A stretch of 40,000 bases of DNA from Zeimonas sediminis (GCF_023721795.1 NZ_JAMQYE010000001.1:2351671-2391670), one strand, 5' to 3'; positions 8,218 through 19,820 are shown, numbered from the stretch's first letter. Program-made: numbers and translations. Notes: generated from the letters alone by a model not told the origin.

Positions 8218-9099
8218 TCACCCCGCAGACCCCCCATAAACCGCCACGCACTCCCGCATCGTGTTCACGTGGATCTCCACGATCCGCCGGCGATCCTCCT
8301 GGTACCCGCCCGCCAGGTTCCAGGCCACCGGCAGGCCGAGGCGCCGGCAGGCCTCGAACACCAGTCGATCGCGGCGGCGCAGCTGCCCGGTGGTCAGCCA
8401 TCCGCCGAGCGGGTCGTCGACGTGCGGGTCGGCGCCGGCCTGGTAGAGGACGACGTCGCAGCCCGCCATCGTGTCGACGATGGCCGGAACCTCCGCCAGG
8501 AAGCGCTCGGCCTGCGCCGGCGAGCGCCAGTGCCGCCCCGCGCTGTAGTGGACGACCCAGTCGGCGCCGAGCCACGCGACGATCTCGTCGGTGCCGTCGC
8601 CGTAGTGCTCGTCGAAGTCGAGGATGCCGATCTGCCCGGCGCGCCCTTCCTGCTTCAGCACGCAGGCCGCGACCATCAGCCCGTTGAAGGTGCAGAAGCC
8701 CGCGGCGCCGTCGTGGCGGGCGTGGTGGAAGCCCGAGCAGGGCGCCGCCGCGACGCCGGCGAAGGGCGCGCTTTCGCGAGTGCCGTCGATCGCCGCGCGC
8801 GCGGCCGCCAGCATCGCGCCCGAGGTGAACGGCAGCGAGGCGGCCACCGCCTGCGAGCGATTGCCGAAGCCGTTGGCGATGCGACCGTCGAGCACGCCGT
8901 CGACGAAGGCGCGCTCGTGGGCGAGCGCGAGCTGCTCACGGCCGACCGGCCCGGGCTCGACGAGCTCGATCGGCAGGCCGGCCTCGCGCCAGGCCTGCAC
9001 GACCCACTCGGGCTTGGACGCGCTGGGCGAGAAGCTGCCCGAGTCGGCGACCATCTTCGGCGAGTAGAAGACCTGCACGCTGGCCTCGGATGTGCTCAT
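8218..9099 (-). CDS. histone deacetylase (HDAC)-family deacetylase
   Basis: Start placed at ATG 9097-9099 (MSTSEASV). HDAC motifs are present: SGFHHARHDGAAGFCTFN, ILDFDEHYGDGT, YQAGADPHVDDPLG, NLAGGY. Confidence 0.8.
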   Translation of the reverse strand: MSTSEASVQVFYSPKMVADSGSFSPSASKPEWVVQAWREAGLPIELVEPGPVGREQLALAHERAFVDGVLDGRIANGFGNRSQAVAASLPFTSGAMLAAARAAIDGTRESAPFAGVAAAPCSGFHHARHDGAAGFCTFNGLMVAACVLKQEGRAGQIGILDFDEHYGDGTDEIVAWLGADWVVHYSAGRHWRSPAQAERFLAEVPAIVDTMAGCDVVLYQAGADPHVDDPLGGWLTTGQLRRRDRLVFEACRRLGLPVAWNLAGGYQEDRRRIVEIHVNTMRECVAVYGGSAG

Positions 9100-9168
9100 G
9101 ATCGCCTCGCATTCGACGACGGCGACGCGCCGCCAACGATCATCACGATGCCAGAGGCTCACAGCGGG

Positions 9169-9470
9169 ACCTTCTCATGTCGTCGGCAAGCAGGGCAACA
9201 GCATGACCGGCGCGCCGTGGGCGCAGGACTAGGAGACGGACCTCGACGCGATCGCGCGCTGGCGGTCGGCGGCGATGCGCACGCCGATCGAGGACCACGA
9301 GTTCGACATGCTCGGCGTGCTGCAGCTCGGCGAACGGGTGCGGGCGCGCGGCATCGCCTGGCACCAGCTTCCGATCGTGGACCTGCAGGTGCCGGACGAG
9401 CGGTTTCGCTACCTAATGGCCAGCCGACAAGCGCGCATCGACCCGGTCAGGTAGCGCTTGCCCTGCCACA
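9169..9470 (+). pseudogene. decayed duplicate of the phosphatase gene and of the 3' end of the neighbouring HTH gene
   Basis: 9169-9405 aligns by eye to 6557-6792. The run GATCGAGGACCACGAGTTCGACATGCTCGGCGTGC is identical at 6670-6704 and 9286-9320. The copy carries an in-frame TAG at 9230-9232. It then jumps to sequence matching 6996-7034 and 7099-7120 (GGTAGCGCTTGCCCTG). Confidence 0.75.
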
Positions 9471-9483
9471 TGGCGGCCTGCTC

Positions 9484-10284
9484 TCAGGCCTTCCGGCGCT
9501 TTCCTGGCACCGCCGGCTCGACCACCCGCTCCAGCCTGCCCAGCGCGGCGTCGAAGCGGCGCAGTCGCTCGTCCTCGCCCTCGTCCGCCCGGACACCCAC
9601 GCCGCCGAGCACCACGGCGAGAATCTGGTCGGCCAGCGTCTCGACGTCGAGCTCCCCTTCCCCCGACAGGTAGCGCCAGGCATGGTGCTCGATGCACCCG
9701 AAGATCATGTCGCGGACCAGCCGGACCGGCGTGTCCCGCCTGAGCTCGCCCTTGGCGACCCCTTCCTCGATCGTCCTGCGCAGGAATGCCGAGTAGCGCC
9801 GGTTCAGGTCGCCGATGACCGCCTGGTACTCCTGGTCGTCGGTCCGCAGTTCGCGGATGATCAGCCGCATCAGGCCGGGGTCGTCGCGCAGCGCCCGCAG
9901 GTGCGACGAGATCAGGAAGCGCAGCCGGCTGCGCACCGAGCCGATCGCCGCGCACTCGCGCTCGAGTTCGGCGATCGTCTTCTCGTACCAGTCCGAGACC
10001 ACGCGCGTCAGCAGCTCGCGCTTGGACCGGAAGTACCGATAGATGTTGCCCTCGACGACGCCCACACGCTCGGCCACCTCGGCGATCGTCGCCGCCTCGT
10101 AGCCGACGCTCGCGAAGGTCTGCTGCGCTGCGGCGAGGATCGCCTCGTAGCGCTCGGCCTTCGGCAGGCGCCGCCGGACCGGGGCCGCGGCCGGCCCGCC
10201 CGGCCCGGCCGATCCGCCCGCCCCACCCGGCGCGCGATCCGCGCCGTTGCTTGCCTCGCCGTTTCGTTGCGCGCCGCTTGCCAT
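9484..10284 (-). CDS. TetR/AcrR family transcriptional regulator
   Basis: Start at ATG 10282-10284 within a longer shadow-extended ORF. The HTH reads ILAAAQQTFASVGYEAATIAEVAERVGVVEGNIYRYFRSKRELL. Confidence 0.85.
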   Translation of the reverse strand: MASGAQRNGEASNGADRAPGGAGGSAGPGGPAAAPVRRRLPKAERYEAILAAAQQTFASVGYEAATIAEVAERVGVVEGNIYRYFRSKRELLTRVVSDWYEKTIAELERECAAIGSVRSRLRFLISSHLRALRDDPGLMRLIIRELRTDDQEYQAVIGDLNRRYSAFLRRTIEEGVAKGELRRDTPVRLVRDMIFGCIEHHAWRYLSGEGELDVETLADQILAVVLGGVGVRADEGEDERLRRFDAALGRLERVVEPAVPGKRRKA

Positions 10285-10289
10285 GTCGG

Positions 10290-11066
10290 TCAGCGCGGCG
10301 GAAGACGAAAGGCGCCGTCCAGGCGCACGCATTCGCCGTTCATGTAGCCGCTCTCGCAAAGGAAGGCGCACAGGCCCGCGATCTCGTCGGGCGTGCCGAA
10401 GCGCTTCGGGAACTGGAAGTCCGAAGCGATCCGGCTCAGCACGCTGTCGGGAAGGCTCTTGATCATCGGGGTCTCGAATGCGCCAGGCGCGATTGTATTG
10501 ACCCGGATGCCGAGTTCGGCCAGTTCCCTGGCGGCGGGCAATGCCAGCCCCACCACGCCGGCCTTGCTCGACGCATAGGCAGACTGCCCCACCTGCCCAT
10601 CGAAGGCGGCGCCGGACGCGACGTTCACAACGACGCCTCGCTCGTTGTCGGCATCGGGCTCGTTCCGGGCCATCCACTCGACGCAGTGTGCCATCACGTT
10701 GAAGCTGCCCACCAGGTTGACCAGCACCGTGGCGCGAAAGCGCGCGCCGTTCGAGGCCCGGCCTTCCTTGTCGAGGATGCGCATCGGCGAGACCACGCCG
10801 GCGAAGTTCAGGCAGGCGTGGATCGCGCCGAAGGCCGCGGCCCCCGCGTCGATCGCGGCCGCGACCGCCGCTTCGTCGGTCACGTCGGTCTCGTGGAAGC
10901 GGCATGAGCCATCGCCCAGTTCGTCGACGAGCTCGCGACCGCCGGCCGCGTTCCTGTCGAGCACCACGACGCGCGCGCCCTTCTCCCGGACCATGTAGCG
11001 CGCTGTGCCACGCCCCAGGCCCGAGGCGCCCCCCGACAGCACCACCACCTTGCCCGCGAGATTCAT
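10290..11066 (-). CDS. SDR-family oxidoreductase (3-hydroxyacyl-CoA dehydrogenase-like)
   Basis: 258 aa from ATG 11064-11066. Cofactor motif SGGASGLGRG; catalytic YASSK; ...IRVNTIAPGAFETPM. Confidence 0.85.
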   Translation of the reverse strand: MNLAGKVVVLSGGASGLGRGTARYMVREKGARVVVLDRNAAGGRELVDELGDGSCRFHETDVTDEAAVAAAIDAGAAAFGAIHACLNFAGVVSPMRILDKEGRASNGARFRATVLVNLVGSFNVMAHCVEWMARNEPDADNERGVVVNVASGAAFDGQVGQSAYASSKAGVVGLALPAARELAELGIRVNTIAPGAFETPMIKSLPDSVLSRIASDFQFPKRFGTPDEIAGLCAFLCESGYMNGECVRLDGAFRLPPR

Positions 11067-12307
11067 CGGTCTCGCCCGTAGATGCCGATGTGCGCGACCG
11101 ACTCCTCCACGCCCCAGATGCCGCCGCCGTTCTCCTGGACCGCGAGCCGGGCGGATTGCACTTGCCGCAGCCCGCACTCGCCCCGCAGCTGCGAGACGAT
11201 CTCGAAGACCTGTCCCAGGCCGGTCGCACCGATCGGATGACCCTTTGACTCGAGGCCGCCCGACGGATTGATCGGGATCCGGCCCCCGATGGCCGTGGCG
11301 CCGCTTTCGGCCAGCCGGCCGCCTTCGCCGAGCGCGCACAGACCGAGGTCCTCGGACTGCATCAGCTCACCCATCGCGGTCGCGTCGTGGACCTCGGCCA
11401 GATCGATGTCCTCCGGGCCGACACCGGCAGCCTCGTAGGCGTCATTGGCCGCAAGCCGGGTCAGGTGCTGCGCCAAGTCCTCGGGGTCGCGCGCCGAGGC
11501 CGACCGGACCACGCTCGCCAGCACGCGGATCGCGCGGCTGCGGTCGAGCCCCAGGCGGTCCAGCGCCCGCCCCGTGCACAGCACCGCGGCCGCGCCGCCG
11601 TCCGAGATCGGCGAGCACATCGGCAGCGTCAGCGGGTACACGATCGGCGGCGCCGCCAGCACCTCGTCGATGCTCATCTCCTGCCGGAACTGCGCGCGTT
11701 CGTTGTGCACCGCATGCCGCCGGTTCTTCGAGGCGATCGCCGCCAGCTGCCGCTGCGTGATGCCGAAACGCCGGATGTACTGCCGCGCGAAGGATGCATA
11801 GACATCCATGAAGGGGCTGTACTGCGCCGGCGAGGTGGACCCCGGCGGCGCCTCGACCCCCTCGCCCATCGCCAGGATTCGCCGGTGGTTCTGCTCGGGC
11901 GTGTCGACGTCCCAGGCGGCATCGAAGATCGCGAAGCGCGTAGCCTTGTCCTGCACGAACATCTTGTCAGTGCCGACCGCCAGCGCAACGTCGCAGGCGC
12001 CCGAGCGCAGGTAGGCGATCGCGAGGTGAAGCGCAGTGCTCGCCGTGGCGCAGGCGTTCTCGACGTTGAACATCGGGATGCCCTGGAGCCCCAGCGGCAG
12101 CAGGGCCACCTGCGCCTTGACCAGGTGCTGCCCGTCGATCAGCCCCTGGGCGCAGTTGCCGTAGAACGCGGCCTGGACCTTGCGGGCATCGCAGCCGGCA
12201 TCGCGCAGCGCATCGCCGACCGCGAGCGCCGCGAGGTCCTTGACGCTCTTGTCGAGGTGCCGCGTGAAGGGCGTCATGCCGACGCCGACGATGTAGACGG
12301 GTTCCAT
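11063..12307 (-). CDS. thiolase-family acetyl-CoA C-acyltransferase (SCP-x-like)
   Basis: Start at ATG 12305-12307 (MEPVYIVGVGMTPF). Active-site region NVENACATASTAL; C-terminal NPSGGLESKGHPIGATG. The stop overlaps the SDR start by 4 nt. Confidence 0.85.
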   Translation of the reverse strand: MEPVYIVGVGMTPFTRHLDKSVKDLAALAVGDALRDAGCDARKVQAAFYGNCAQGLIDGQHLVKAQVALLPLGLQGIPMFNVENACATASTALHLAIAYLRSGACDVALAVGTDKMFVQDKATRFAIFDAAWDVDTPEQNHRRILAMGEGVEAPPGSTSPAQYSPFMDVYASFARQYIRRFGITQRQLAAIASKNRRHAVHNERAQFRQEMSIDEVLAAPPIVYPLTLPMCSPISDGGAAAVLCTGRALDRLGLDRSRAIRVLASVVRSASARDPEDLAQHLTRLAANDAYEAAGVGPEDIDLAEVHDATAMGELMQSEDLGLCALGEGGRLAESGATAIGGRIPINPSGGLESKGHPIGATGLGQVFEIVSQLRGECGLRQVQSARLAVQENGGGIWGVEESVAHIGIYGRDR

Positions 12308-12339
12308 CCGCTCTTTTCCTTGTCTCGGCGCCCGATGCC

Positions 12340-13206
12340 TCAGCGCCCAATGAACCTGGGTTGCCGCTTCTCGACGAAGGCCGCCGTGCCTTCCCGCATG
12401 TCGTAGGACCTCATGTGATTGCGCAGCTCGAGCATCTCGTGCCTCAGCGCGTCGTCGAAGGACTTGTCGTTCGCCTCGTTTGCCACCCGCTTCATGCGCG
12501 CGAGCAGCAGCGGGCTGCGCTGCGCGAGCTCGTTTGCGAGCGACTGCGTTCGCCCGTGGAGCGCGTCCGGCGCGATGATCTCGTTGACTACACCGAGCGC
12601 CTTCCACTCCTCGACGCCGAGCAGCTGGCCCGTGAAGAGCAGCTGCTTGGCCAAGTTCAGCGGGATTCGCCTGGGAAGCCCCACCGACGAACCGCCGCCC
12701 GGGAAGATTCCGAAGTTCGAGTGGCCGTCACCGATCCGCACGCCTTTTGCCGCGACGACAAGATCGCAGCACAGGATCATCTCCAGTCCGCCGCCCACCG
12801 CCACGCCGTTCACGCTCGCGATCACCGGCTTGGGCATACCGCGGAGGATGCCGAAGGTCCGGAAGACGCGATCGAGGTAGTCCCCGTCGGCGGCGTCGCC
12901 GCGGCTCGTGGCCTCGTCACCAAGCTCGCCATTCGGGTCGCCGTTCAGCTCGCCGGACAGCGCCTTGATGTCGCCGCCCGCGCTGAACGCGCGCCCGGAA
13001 CCGGTCAGCACGACGACCCTGACCGCGTCATCGGCCCTCGCCGCCTCGAGCCGGTCCGCCAGCTCGTCGAGCATCTGCCGGCTCAGCGCGTTCAGCGTGG
13101 ACGGGCGGCTCAGCCTGAGCCAGGCGACGCGGTCAACCACCGAGTAGTCGACTGCGGGCCCCGTTTCAGCATCCGCGAGGGCCGCCACCTCAGGAGCCTC
13201 GCTCAT
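12340..13206 (-). CDS. enoyl-CoA hydratase/isomerase family protein
   Basis: 288 aa from ATG 13204-13206. VVVLTGSGRAFSAGGDI...NGVAVGGGLEMILCCDLVVAA are crotonase signatures. There is a D/G-rich insertion between them. Confidence 0.85.
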   Translation of the reverse strand: MSEAPEVAALADAETGPAVDYSVVDRVAWLRLSRPSTLNALSRQMLDELADRLEAARADDAVRVVVLTGSGRAFSAGGDIKALSGELNGDPNGELGDEATSRGDAADGDYLDRVFRTFGILRGMPKPVIASVNGVAVGGGLEMILCCDLVVAAKGVRIGDGHSNFGIFPGGGSSVGLPRRIPLNLAKQLLFTGQLLGVEEWKALGVVNEIIAPDALHGRTQSLANELAQRSPLLLARMKRVANEANDKSFDDALRHEMLELRNHMRSYDMREGTAAFVEKRQPRFIGR

Positions 13207-14384
13207 TTCGTGGCGAAGTCGGTCAGCGCCTTGACCGAGCTCGTCTTCGTGTCGACCTGGAACAGCTTCAGCGCGGGCACCGCGTGGCCGGCCGGGTTGT
13301 CCAGCGAGATCGGACCGCTCAGGCCCCCGGTGGAGAAGTCCTTCAACTTGCCCAGCTCGGCAATCACGCAGGGCCGGGTGACGGCCTTGCCGCAGCGCGA
13401 GATCGCCTCGCCCATCACCTTCATCGCGACATAGCCGCTGACCGCGTAGCGGCTGAGCGACGCGACTTCGTCGGCCGAGAGGTGGTTCTTCGCGCTCTCG
13501 ACGAACTTCTGGCCCGCCGGATCGGTCAGCGCGGCGTAGTAGTCGTTGAACAGATAGTCGTAGCCCGAGGGCGCGGTCAGCCGTATCGTCGCCGGCAGTC
13601 CGGCCGCCCAGTTCCCGAGCACCGTCATCTCGGCGTTCAACCTGCGCGACTCGGACAGGATGCCGCCGGCCTCGGCGATCACGGTGCCCAGGTAGAGCAC
13701 CTCCACCCCCGCGCTCTTGAACCGCAGAGCCTCGGCCGAGAAGTCCTTGGCGCCGCGCTGGTAGGGCAGCTCGGCCACGCTGTTCAGGCCGAAATCCTTC
13801 ATCGCCTGCTGGTAGCCCTTCAGCACGCTCTTGCCGTAGTCGTCGTTCTGGTAGATGAGCCCGAACTTCGCGCCCTTCTTGCCCATCTTCTCGACCGCGT
13901 GGCGGATCGACTGGTAGGCCGCCAGGTCGTAGTCGGGGCCGATCATGAAGATGCTCGGCCGGCGCGGGTTCAGCACAGTGGGGTTGGGCGCCACGTGCAC
14001 GATGGTCGGCACCTTGGCATCGTCGAGCACCGGCAGCACCGCGGTGACGCCCGAGCCGCCGGTGGTGCCGGTCACCGCGAACACCTTGTCGACGTCGACC
14101 AGCTTGCGCATCGCCGAGACCGAGCGTGCCGGCACGTAGCCGTCGTCCTCGTACAGCACCTTCAGCTTGCGGCCGTTGATGCCGCCCGCGGCGTTGATCT
14201 CGGCCGCGGCGAGCTTCGAGCCTGCCGCCGCCGACTTGCCGATGAAGGCCGCCGGCCCGGACAGCATCAGCACCTCGCCGATCAGGATCTCGCTGTCGGT
14301 GACCCCGACATCCTGCGCCGCCGCCGCTCCCGCGATCAGCGCAGCCAGCGCCGCGCCCGCCACCTTGAATGTCTTGCGCTTCAT
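13203..14384 (-). CDS. ABC transporter substrate-binding protein (LivK / branched-chain amino acid type)
   Basis: 393 aa with signal peptide MKRKTFKVAGAALAALIAGAAAA. IGEVLMLSGPAAFIGKSAAAGSKLAAAEINAAGGINGRKLKVLYEDDGY is typical of type-I periplasmic binding proteins. Confidence 0.85.
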   Translation of the reverse strand: MKRKTFKVAGAALAALIAGAAAAQDVGVTDSEILIGEVLMLSGPAAFIGKSAAAGSKLAAAEINAAGGINGRKLKVLYEDDGYVPARSVSAMRKLVDVDKVFAVTGTTGGSGVTAVLPVLDDAKVPTIVHVAPNPTVLNPRRPSIFMIGPDYDLAAYQSIRHAVEKMGKKGAKFGLIYQNDDYGKSVLKGYQQAMKDFGLNSVAELPYQRGAKDFSAEALRFKSAGVEVLYLGTVIAEAGGILSESRRLNAEMTVLGNWAAGLPATIRLTAPSGYDYLFNDYYAALTDPAGQKFVESAKNHLSADEVASLSRYAVSGYVAMKVMGEAISRCGKAVTRPCVIAELGKLKDFSTGGLSGPISLDNPAGHAVPALKLFQVDTKTSSVKALTDFATK

Positions 14385-14448
14385 CTCGTGTCACCTCCGA
14401 TAGTTGTCGACCCTTGCCCTCGATCGCGCCTCGCGCGACCGGGCCGGG

Positions 14449-15495
14449 TCATTGGGACAAGGGCCATTTCACCCAGAACCGCTTGGTCTTTCGCCAGATC
14501 CCGGCCAGGCCCTCGGGCTCGAGCCGCAGGAACAGCAGGATCACCACGCCGTACAGGATTTCCTTGATCTCGTAGATCCGGTCGGTCAGCAGCGCCTGCA
14601 GCGCGGAGCCGCCGTAGCCGAAGGCGATCCGGATGACTTCGTGCAGCAGCGACAGAAAGACAGCGCCCATGATCGCGCCGTGCGTGCGGCCGAGCCCGCC
14701 CACGATGATCATCGCCAGGGCCTCGACGCTCAGCAGCAGGCTGAAGTTGTCGACGTTCACGTAGCGGATGTGCAGCGCCATCAGCGCGCCGGCCACCCCG
14801 GCGTAGAAGGCGCTGACCATGAAGGCCAGCAGCTTGTAGCGGGTCAGGCTGATGCCCATCGCCGAGGCGGCGATGTCGTGGTCGCGGATAGCCTTCCAGG
14901 CGCGCCCGACCTTGCTACGCATCAGGTTCAGCGTGCACAGCGTGAAGGCCACCAGCAGCGCCAGCACCAGCAGGTAGAAGTGCGCCTGCTGGTCGAGGCG
15001 CAGCCCGGCCACCGCGAGCGACGGCACCGGCATGCCGCTGGACCCGCGGGTGATGTCCTCGGAGATCAGGATCAGGTGACGAACGATGTACGCGAAGGCG
15101 AGCGTCGTCAGCGCCAGGTAGAGCCCGCGCAACCGCAGTGACGGAATGCCCACGACCAGGCTCGCGGCCGCCGCGATCGCACCGCTCAGCGGCAGGGCGA
15201 TCCAGCCCGGAACGCCGTAGTCGGTCACCAGGATCGCCTGGGCGTACCCGCCGAGCGCGAGGAAGCCGGCATGGCCGAGCGAGAGCTGGCCTGCCACGCC
15301 GCACAGCAGGTTCAGCCCCAGCACGCCGATCGCCGCGATGCCGGCCATCGTGGCCAGGTTGATCACGTAGCCGCCCGCGAACACCGGCAGCAGCGACAGG
15401 GCCAGCACCGCGCCGGCGGCGTAGACCCAGCCGACCGGGTTCCGGGCCAGGACCACCAGCTGCCCGTAGCTCTCCTTGAAGTCGCCGCTTCGCAT
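14449..15495 (-). CDS. branched-chain amino acid ABC transporter permease (LivM-like)
   Basis: 348 aa from ATG 15493-15495. It is a multi-TM protein with GQLSLGHAGFLALGGY and the VGGLGRTHGAIMGA motif. Confidence 0.85.
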   Translation of the reverse strand: MRSGDFKESYGQLVVLARNPVGWVYAAGAVLALSLLPVFAGGYVINLATMAGIAAIGVLGLNLLCGVAGQLSLGHAGFLALGGYAQAILVTDYGVPGWIALPLSGAIAAAASLVVGIPSLRLRGLYLALTTLAFAYIVRHLILISEDITRGSSGMPVPSLAVAGLRLDQQAHFYLLVLALLVAFTLCTLNLMRSKVGRAWKAIRDHDIAASAMGISLTRYKLLAFMVSAFYAGVAGALMALHIRYVNVDNFSLLLSVEALAMIIVGGLGRTHGAIMGAVFLSLLHEVIRIAFGYGGSALQALLTDRIYEIKEILYGVVILLFLRLEPEGLAGIWRKTKRFWVKWPLSQ

Positions 15496-16367
15496 CAGAC
15501 TCGCTCGATATGTCGCTGGCCGAACAGGCCGTAGGGCCGCACCATCAGCACGACGACGATCAGCAGGAAGCCGGCGATCTCCTTGAGGCCGCGCCCCAGG
15601 TAGCCGCCCGCCAGGTTCTCGACCACCCCGATCACCAGGCCGCCGAGCGCGCCGCCCAGCACCGAGTCCAGGCCGCCGAGGATCGCCGCCGGGAACGCGC
15701 GCAGCCCCATGCTGGACATGTCGGGCTCCACGCTGAACATGAAGGCGAAGGCGAGCCCCGCGGCGGCCGCGAAGCACGCCGACACCGCCCAGGCCACGGC
15801 GGAGACCAGCCGCACGTTCACGCCCATCAGCAGCGCGGTGCTCTCGCTGTTGGCGGTCGCCCGCATGACGACGCCGAAGCGGGTGCGATTGAAGAAGACC
15901 CAGGTGACCACGCACAGCACGGCGACCATGACCAGGGTCCAGACCTGCGCCGGGTAGAAGGACACCGGCCCGATGCGAATCAGCTCGGTGCCGAGCAGCC
16001 GCGGCATCGCGTAGGGCTCCTGGCCCCAGATCAGGATCGTCACGCCGCGGATCACGACCGCGAGTGCGATCGTGACCATCACGCGGGAGAACATCGGCTC
16101 GCCCATCATCGGCCGGATGAAGACCCGCTCGATCAGCAGGCCCAGCAGGATGGCCGCCACGAACACGCCGGCGAGCAGCACGGGCAGGTTCGCGCCGAAG
16201 GTCGACGCGAGGCCGAACGCGATGTAGGCCACCAGCATCATCAGCTCGCCCTGCGCGAAGTTGAGCATGCCGGTGGCGCGATAGATCATCGCGAAGCCCA
16301 TCGCGATCATCGCGTAGACCGAGCCCGCCACCAGCCCCGACGCCACGAGGTTGACGAAGTACTCCAT
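15495..16367 (-). CDS. branched-chain amino acid ABC transporter permease (LivH-like)
   Basis: 290 aa from ATG 16365-16367 (MEYFVNLVASGLVAGSVYAMIAMGFAMIYRATGMLNFAQGE...). Its stop overlaps the LivM-like start by 1 nt (TGATG). Confidence 0.85.
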   Translation of the reverse strand: MEYFVNLVASGLVAGSVYAMIAMGFAMIYRATGMLNFAQGELMMLVAYIAFGLASTFGANLPVLLAGVFVAAILLGLLIERVFIRPMMGEPMFSRVMVTIALAVVIRGVTILIWGQEPYAMPRLLGTELIRIGPVSFYPAQVWTLVMVAVLCVVTWVFFNRTRFGVVMRATANSESTALLMGVNVRLVSAVAWAVSACFAAAAGLAFAFMFSVEPDMSSMGLRAFPAAILGGLDSVLGGALGGLVIGVVENLAGGYLGRGLKEIAGFLLIVVVLMVRPYGLFGQRHIERV

Positions 16368-16369
16368 GC

Positions 16370-18258
<1,889 letters not shown>

Positions 18259-18262
<4 letters not shown>

Positions 18263-19032
18263 GCAGTCACCGCCTTGCCCAGATAGGCGGCCACCACCTG
18301 CTCGTCGCTGGCCACTTCGGCGGGCGAGCCGTCGGCGATCTTGCGGCCGAAGTTCAGCACGCAGACGTGATCCGAGATGTCCATGACGATGCCCATCTCG
18401 TGCTCGATCATCATCACCGTGATGCCACGCTGCTCGCGGATGTCGAGGATGAAGCGCGCGATGTCCTCGGTTTCCTCCTGGTTCATGCCCGAGACCATCT
18501 CGTCGAGCAGCAGCAGCCGGGGCCGCATGGCCAGCGCGCGGCCGAGCTCGACCCGCTTCTGCAGGCCATAGGACAGCGCGCCCACCGGCAGCTCGCGGAT
18601 CGCCTCGATCTCGAGGAACTCGACGATCTCCTCCGCCTCCTCGCGAGCGCTGATCTCCTCTCGGCGAGTCCAGGGCGCGAAGAAGGCCGCGGAGAGGACC
18701 CCGGTGCGGATGCGGCCGTGCATGCCGGTGAGGATGTTCTCGATCACCGTGCCGTGCTTGAACACGGCCAGGTTCTGGAAGGTACGAGCGACACCGAGCG
18801 CGGGCAGGTGGTGGGCGCGCAGGCCCGTCAGGCTGCGGCCGTCGAGGACGATCTCGCCGGAGCTCGGCTCGAGCAGGCAGGACACCAGGTTGAACAGGGT
18901 CGTCTTGCCTGCGCCGTTGGGGCCGATGACCGAGCAGATCTCACCCTGCGCGACCTGCAGCGAGATGTCGGCGAGCGCCTCGACCCCGCCGAAGCGCTTG
19001 CCGACACCGCGTACTTCGAGCAGCGCGCTCAT
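18259..19032 (-). CDS. ABC transporter ATP-binding protein (LivG-like)
   Basis: 257 aa. Walker A GPNGAGKTT, signature LSYGLQKRVELGRAL, Walker B LLLLDE. There are 4-nt overlaps with both neighbours. Confidence 0.9.
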
Positions 19033-19820
19033 GACAGCCAGCGCTTGCGGCGCTTGTAGTGCTTGACCTCCTGCATGCGCCGGCGCGTGCCGCCGCTGCC
19101 CACGCCGAGGTAGAACTCCTGCACGTCGGCATTGGCGAGCAGGCGGTCGGGCGTGCCGTCGAGCGCGATGCGGCCGCGATCCATGATGTAGCCGTAGTCA
19201 GCCAGCCCAAGGGCCAGCGCCGCGTTCTGCTCGACCAGAAGCACCGTGAGCCCGGAATCGTCGCGCAGGCGGCGGATCGAGTCGAAGATCGTGTCGATGA
19301 TCTGCGGCGCCAGACCCAGCGAAGGCTCGTCGAGCAGCAACAGCCTGGGCGAGGCCATCAGCGCGCGGCCGATCGCCACCATCTGCTGCTGGCCGCCGGA
19401 GAGATACCCGGCGACGCGCCTGCAATGCGGAACGATCTGCGGAAACAACTCGAGGACACGATCGAGCTCACGCCGGGCCTCGGCCGCGGGCCGCGTGGCG
19501 CCGCCCACCATCAGGTTCTCCTCGACGGTGAGCGTGTCGAAGAGCCGCCGGCCCTCGGGCACGTGCACCAGCCCGCGCCGGACCACCTCGTGCGGCGCGC
19601 AGTGCAGGATGTCCTGGCCGTCGAAGCTCAGCGTGCCGCCGGTCGCCCGCCCCTTCTCTGGGAAGAGCACGCCGGAGAGCGTCTTGAGAACCGTGGACTT
19701 GCCGGCGCCGTTGCTTCCGAGCAGGGCCACGATGCGGCCCTGCGGCACCGACAGGGATACGTCGCGCACAGCTTCGACGACACCGTCGTAGAACACCTGC
19801 AGGTTGCGTATCTCCAGCAC
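19029..19820 (-). CDS. ABC transporter ATP-binding protein (LivF-like) with basic C-terminal tail
   Basis: 263 aa with GTG start at 19818-19820 preceded by AGGAGA. Walker A GSNGAGKST, LSGGQQQMVAIGRAL, LLLLDEPS. The tail reads ...RRRMQEVKHYKRRKRWLS. Confidence 0.85.
   Translation of the reverse strand: MLEIRNLQVFYDGVVEAVRDVSLSVPQGRIVALLGSNGAGKSTVLKTLSGVLFPEKGRATGGTLSFDGQDILHCAPHEVVRRGLVHVPEGRRLFDTLTVEENLMVGGATRPAAEARRELDRVLELFPQIVPHCRRVAGYLSGGQQQMVAIGRALMASPRLLLLDEPSLGLAPQIIDTIFDSIRRLRDDSGLTVLLVEQNAALALGLADYGYIMDRGRIALDGTPDRLLANADVQEFYLGVGSGGTRRRMQEVKHYKRRKRWLS

Noticed and set aside
8269-10347. 692-aa plus-strand ORF, plus similar long ORFs such as 207..1430, 16478..18286, 13284..14567 and 32752..33888.
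   Set aside because: They are antisense or off-frame to genes with strong family motifs. Their composition is dominated by R/A/G/P/D and no recognisable domains are present.
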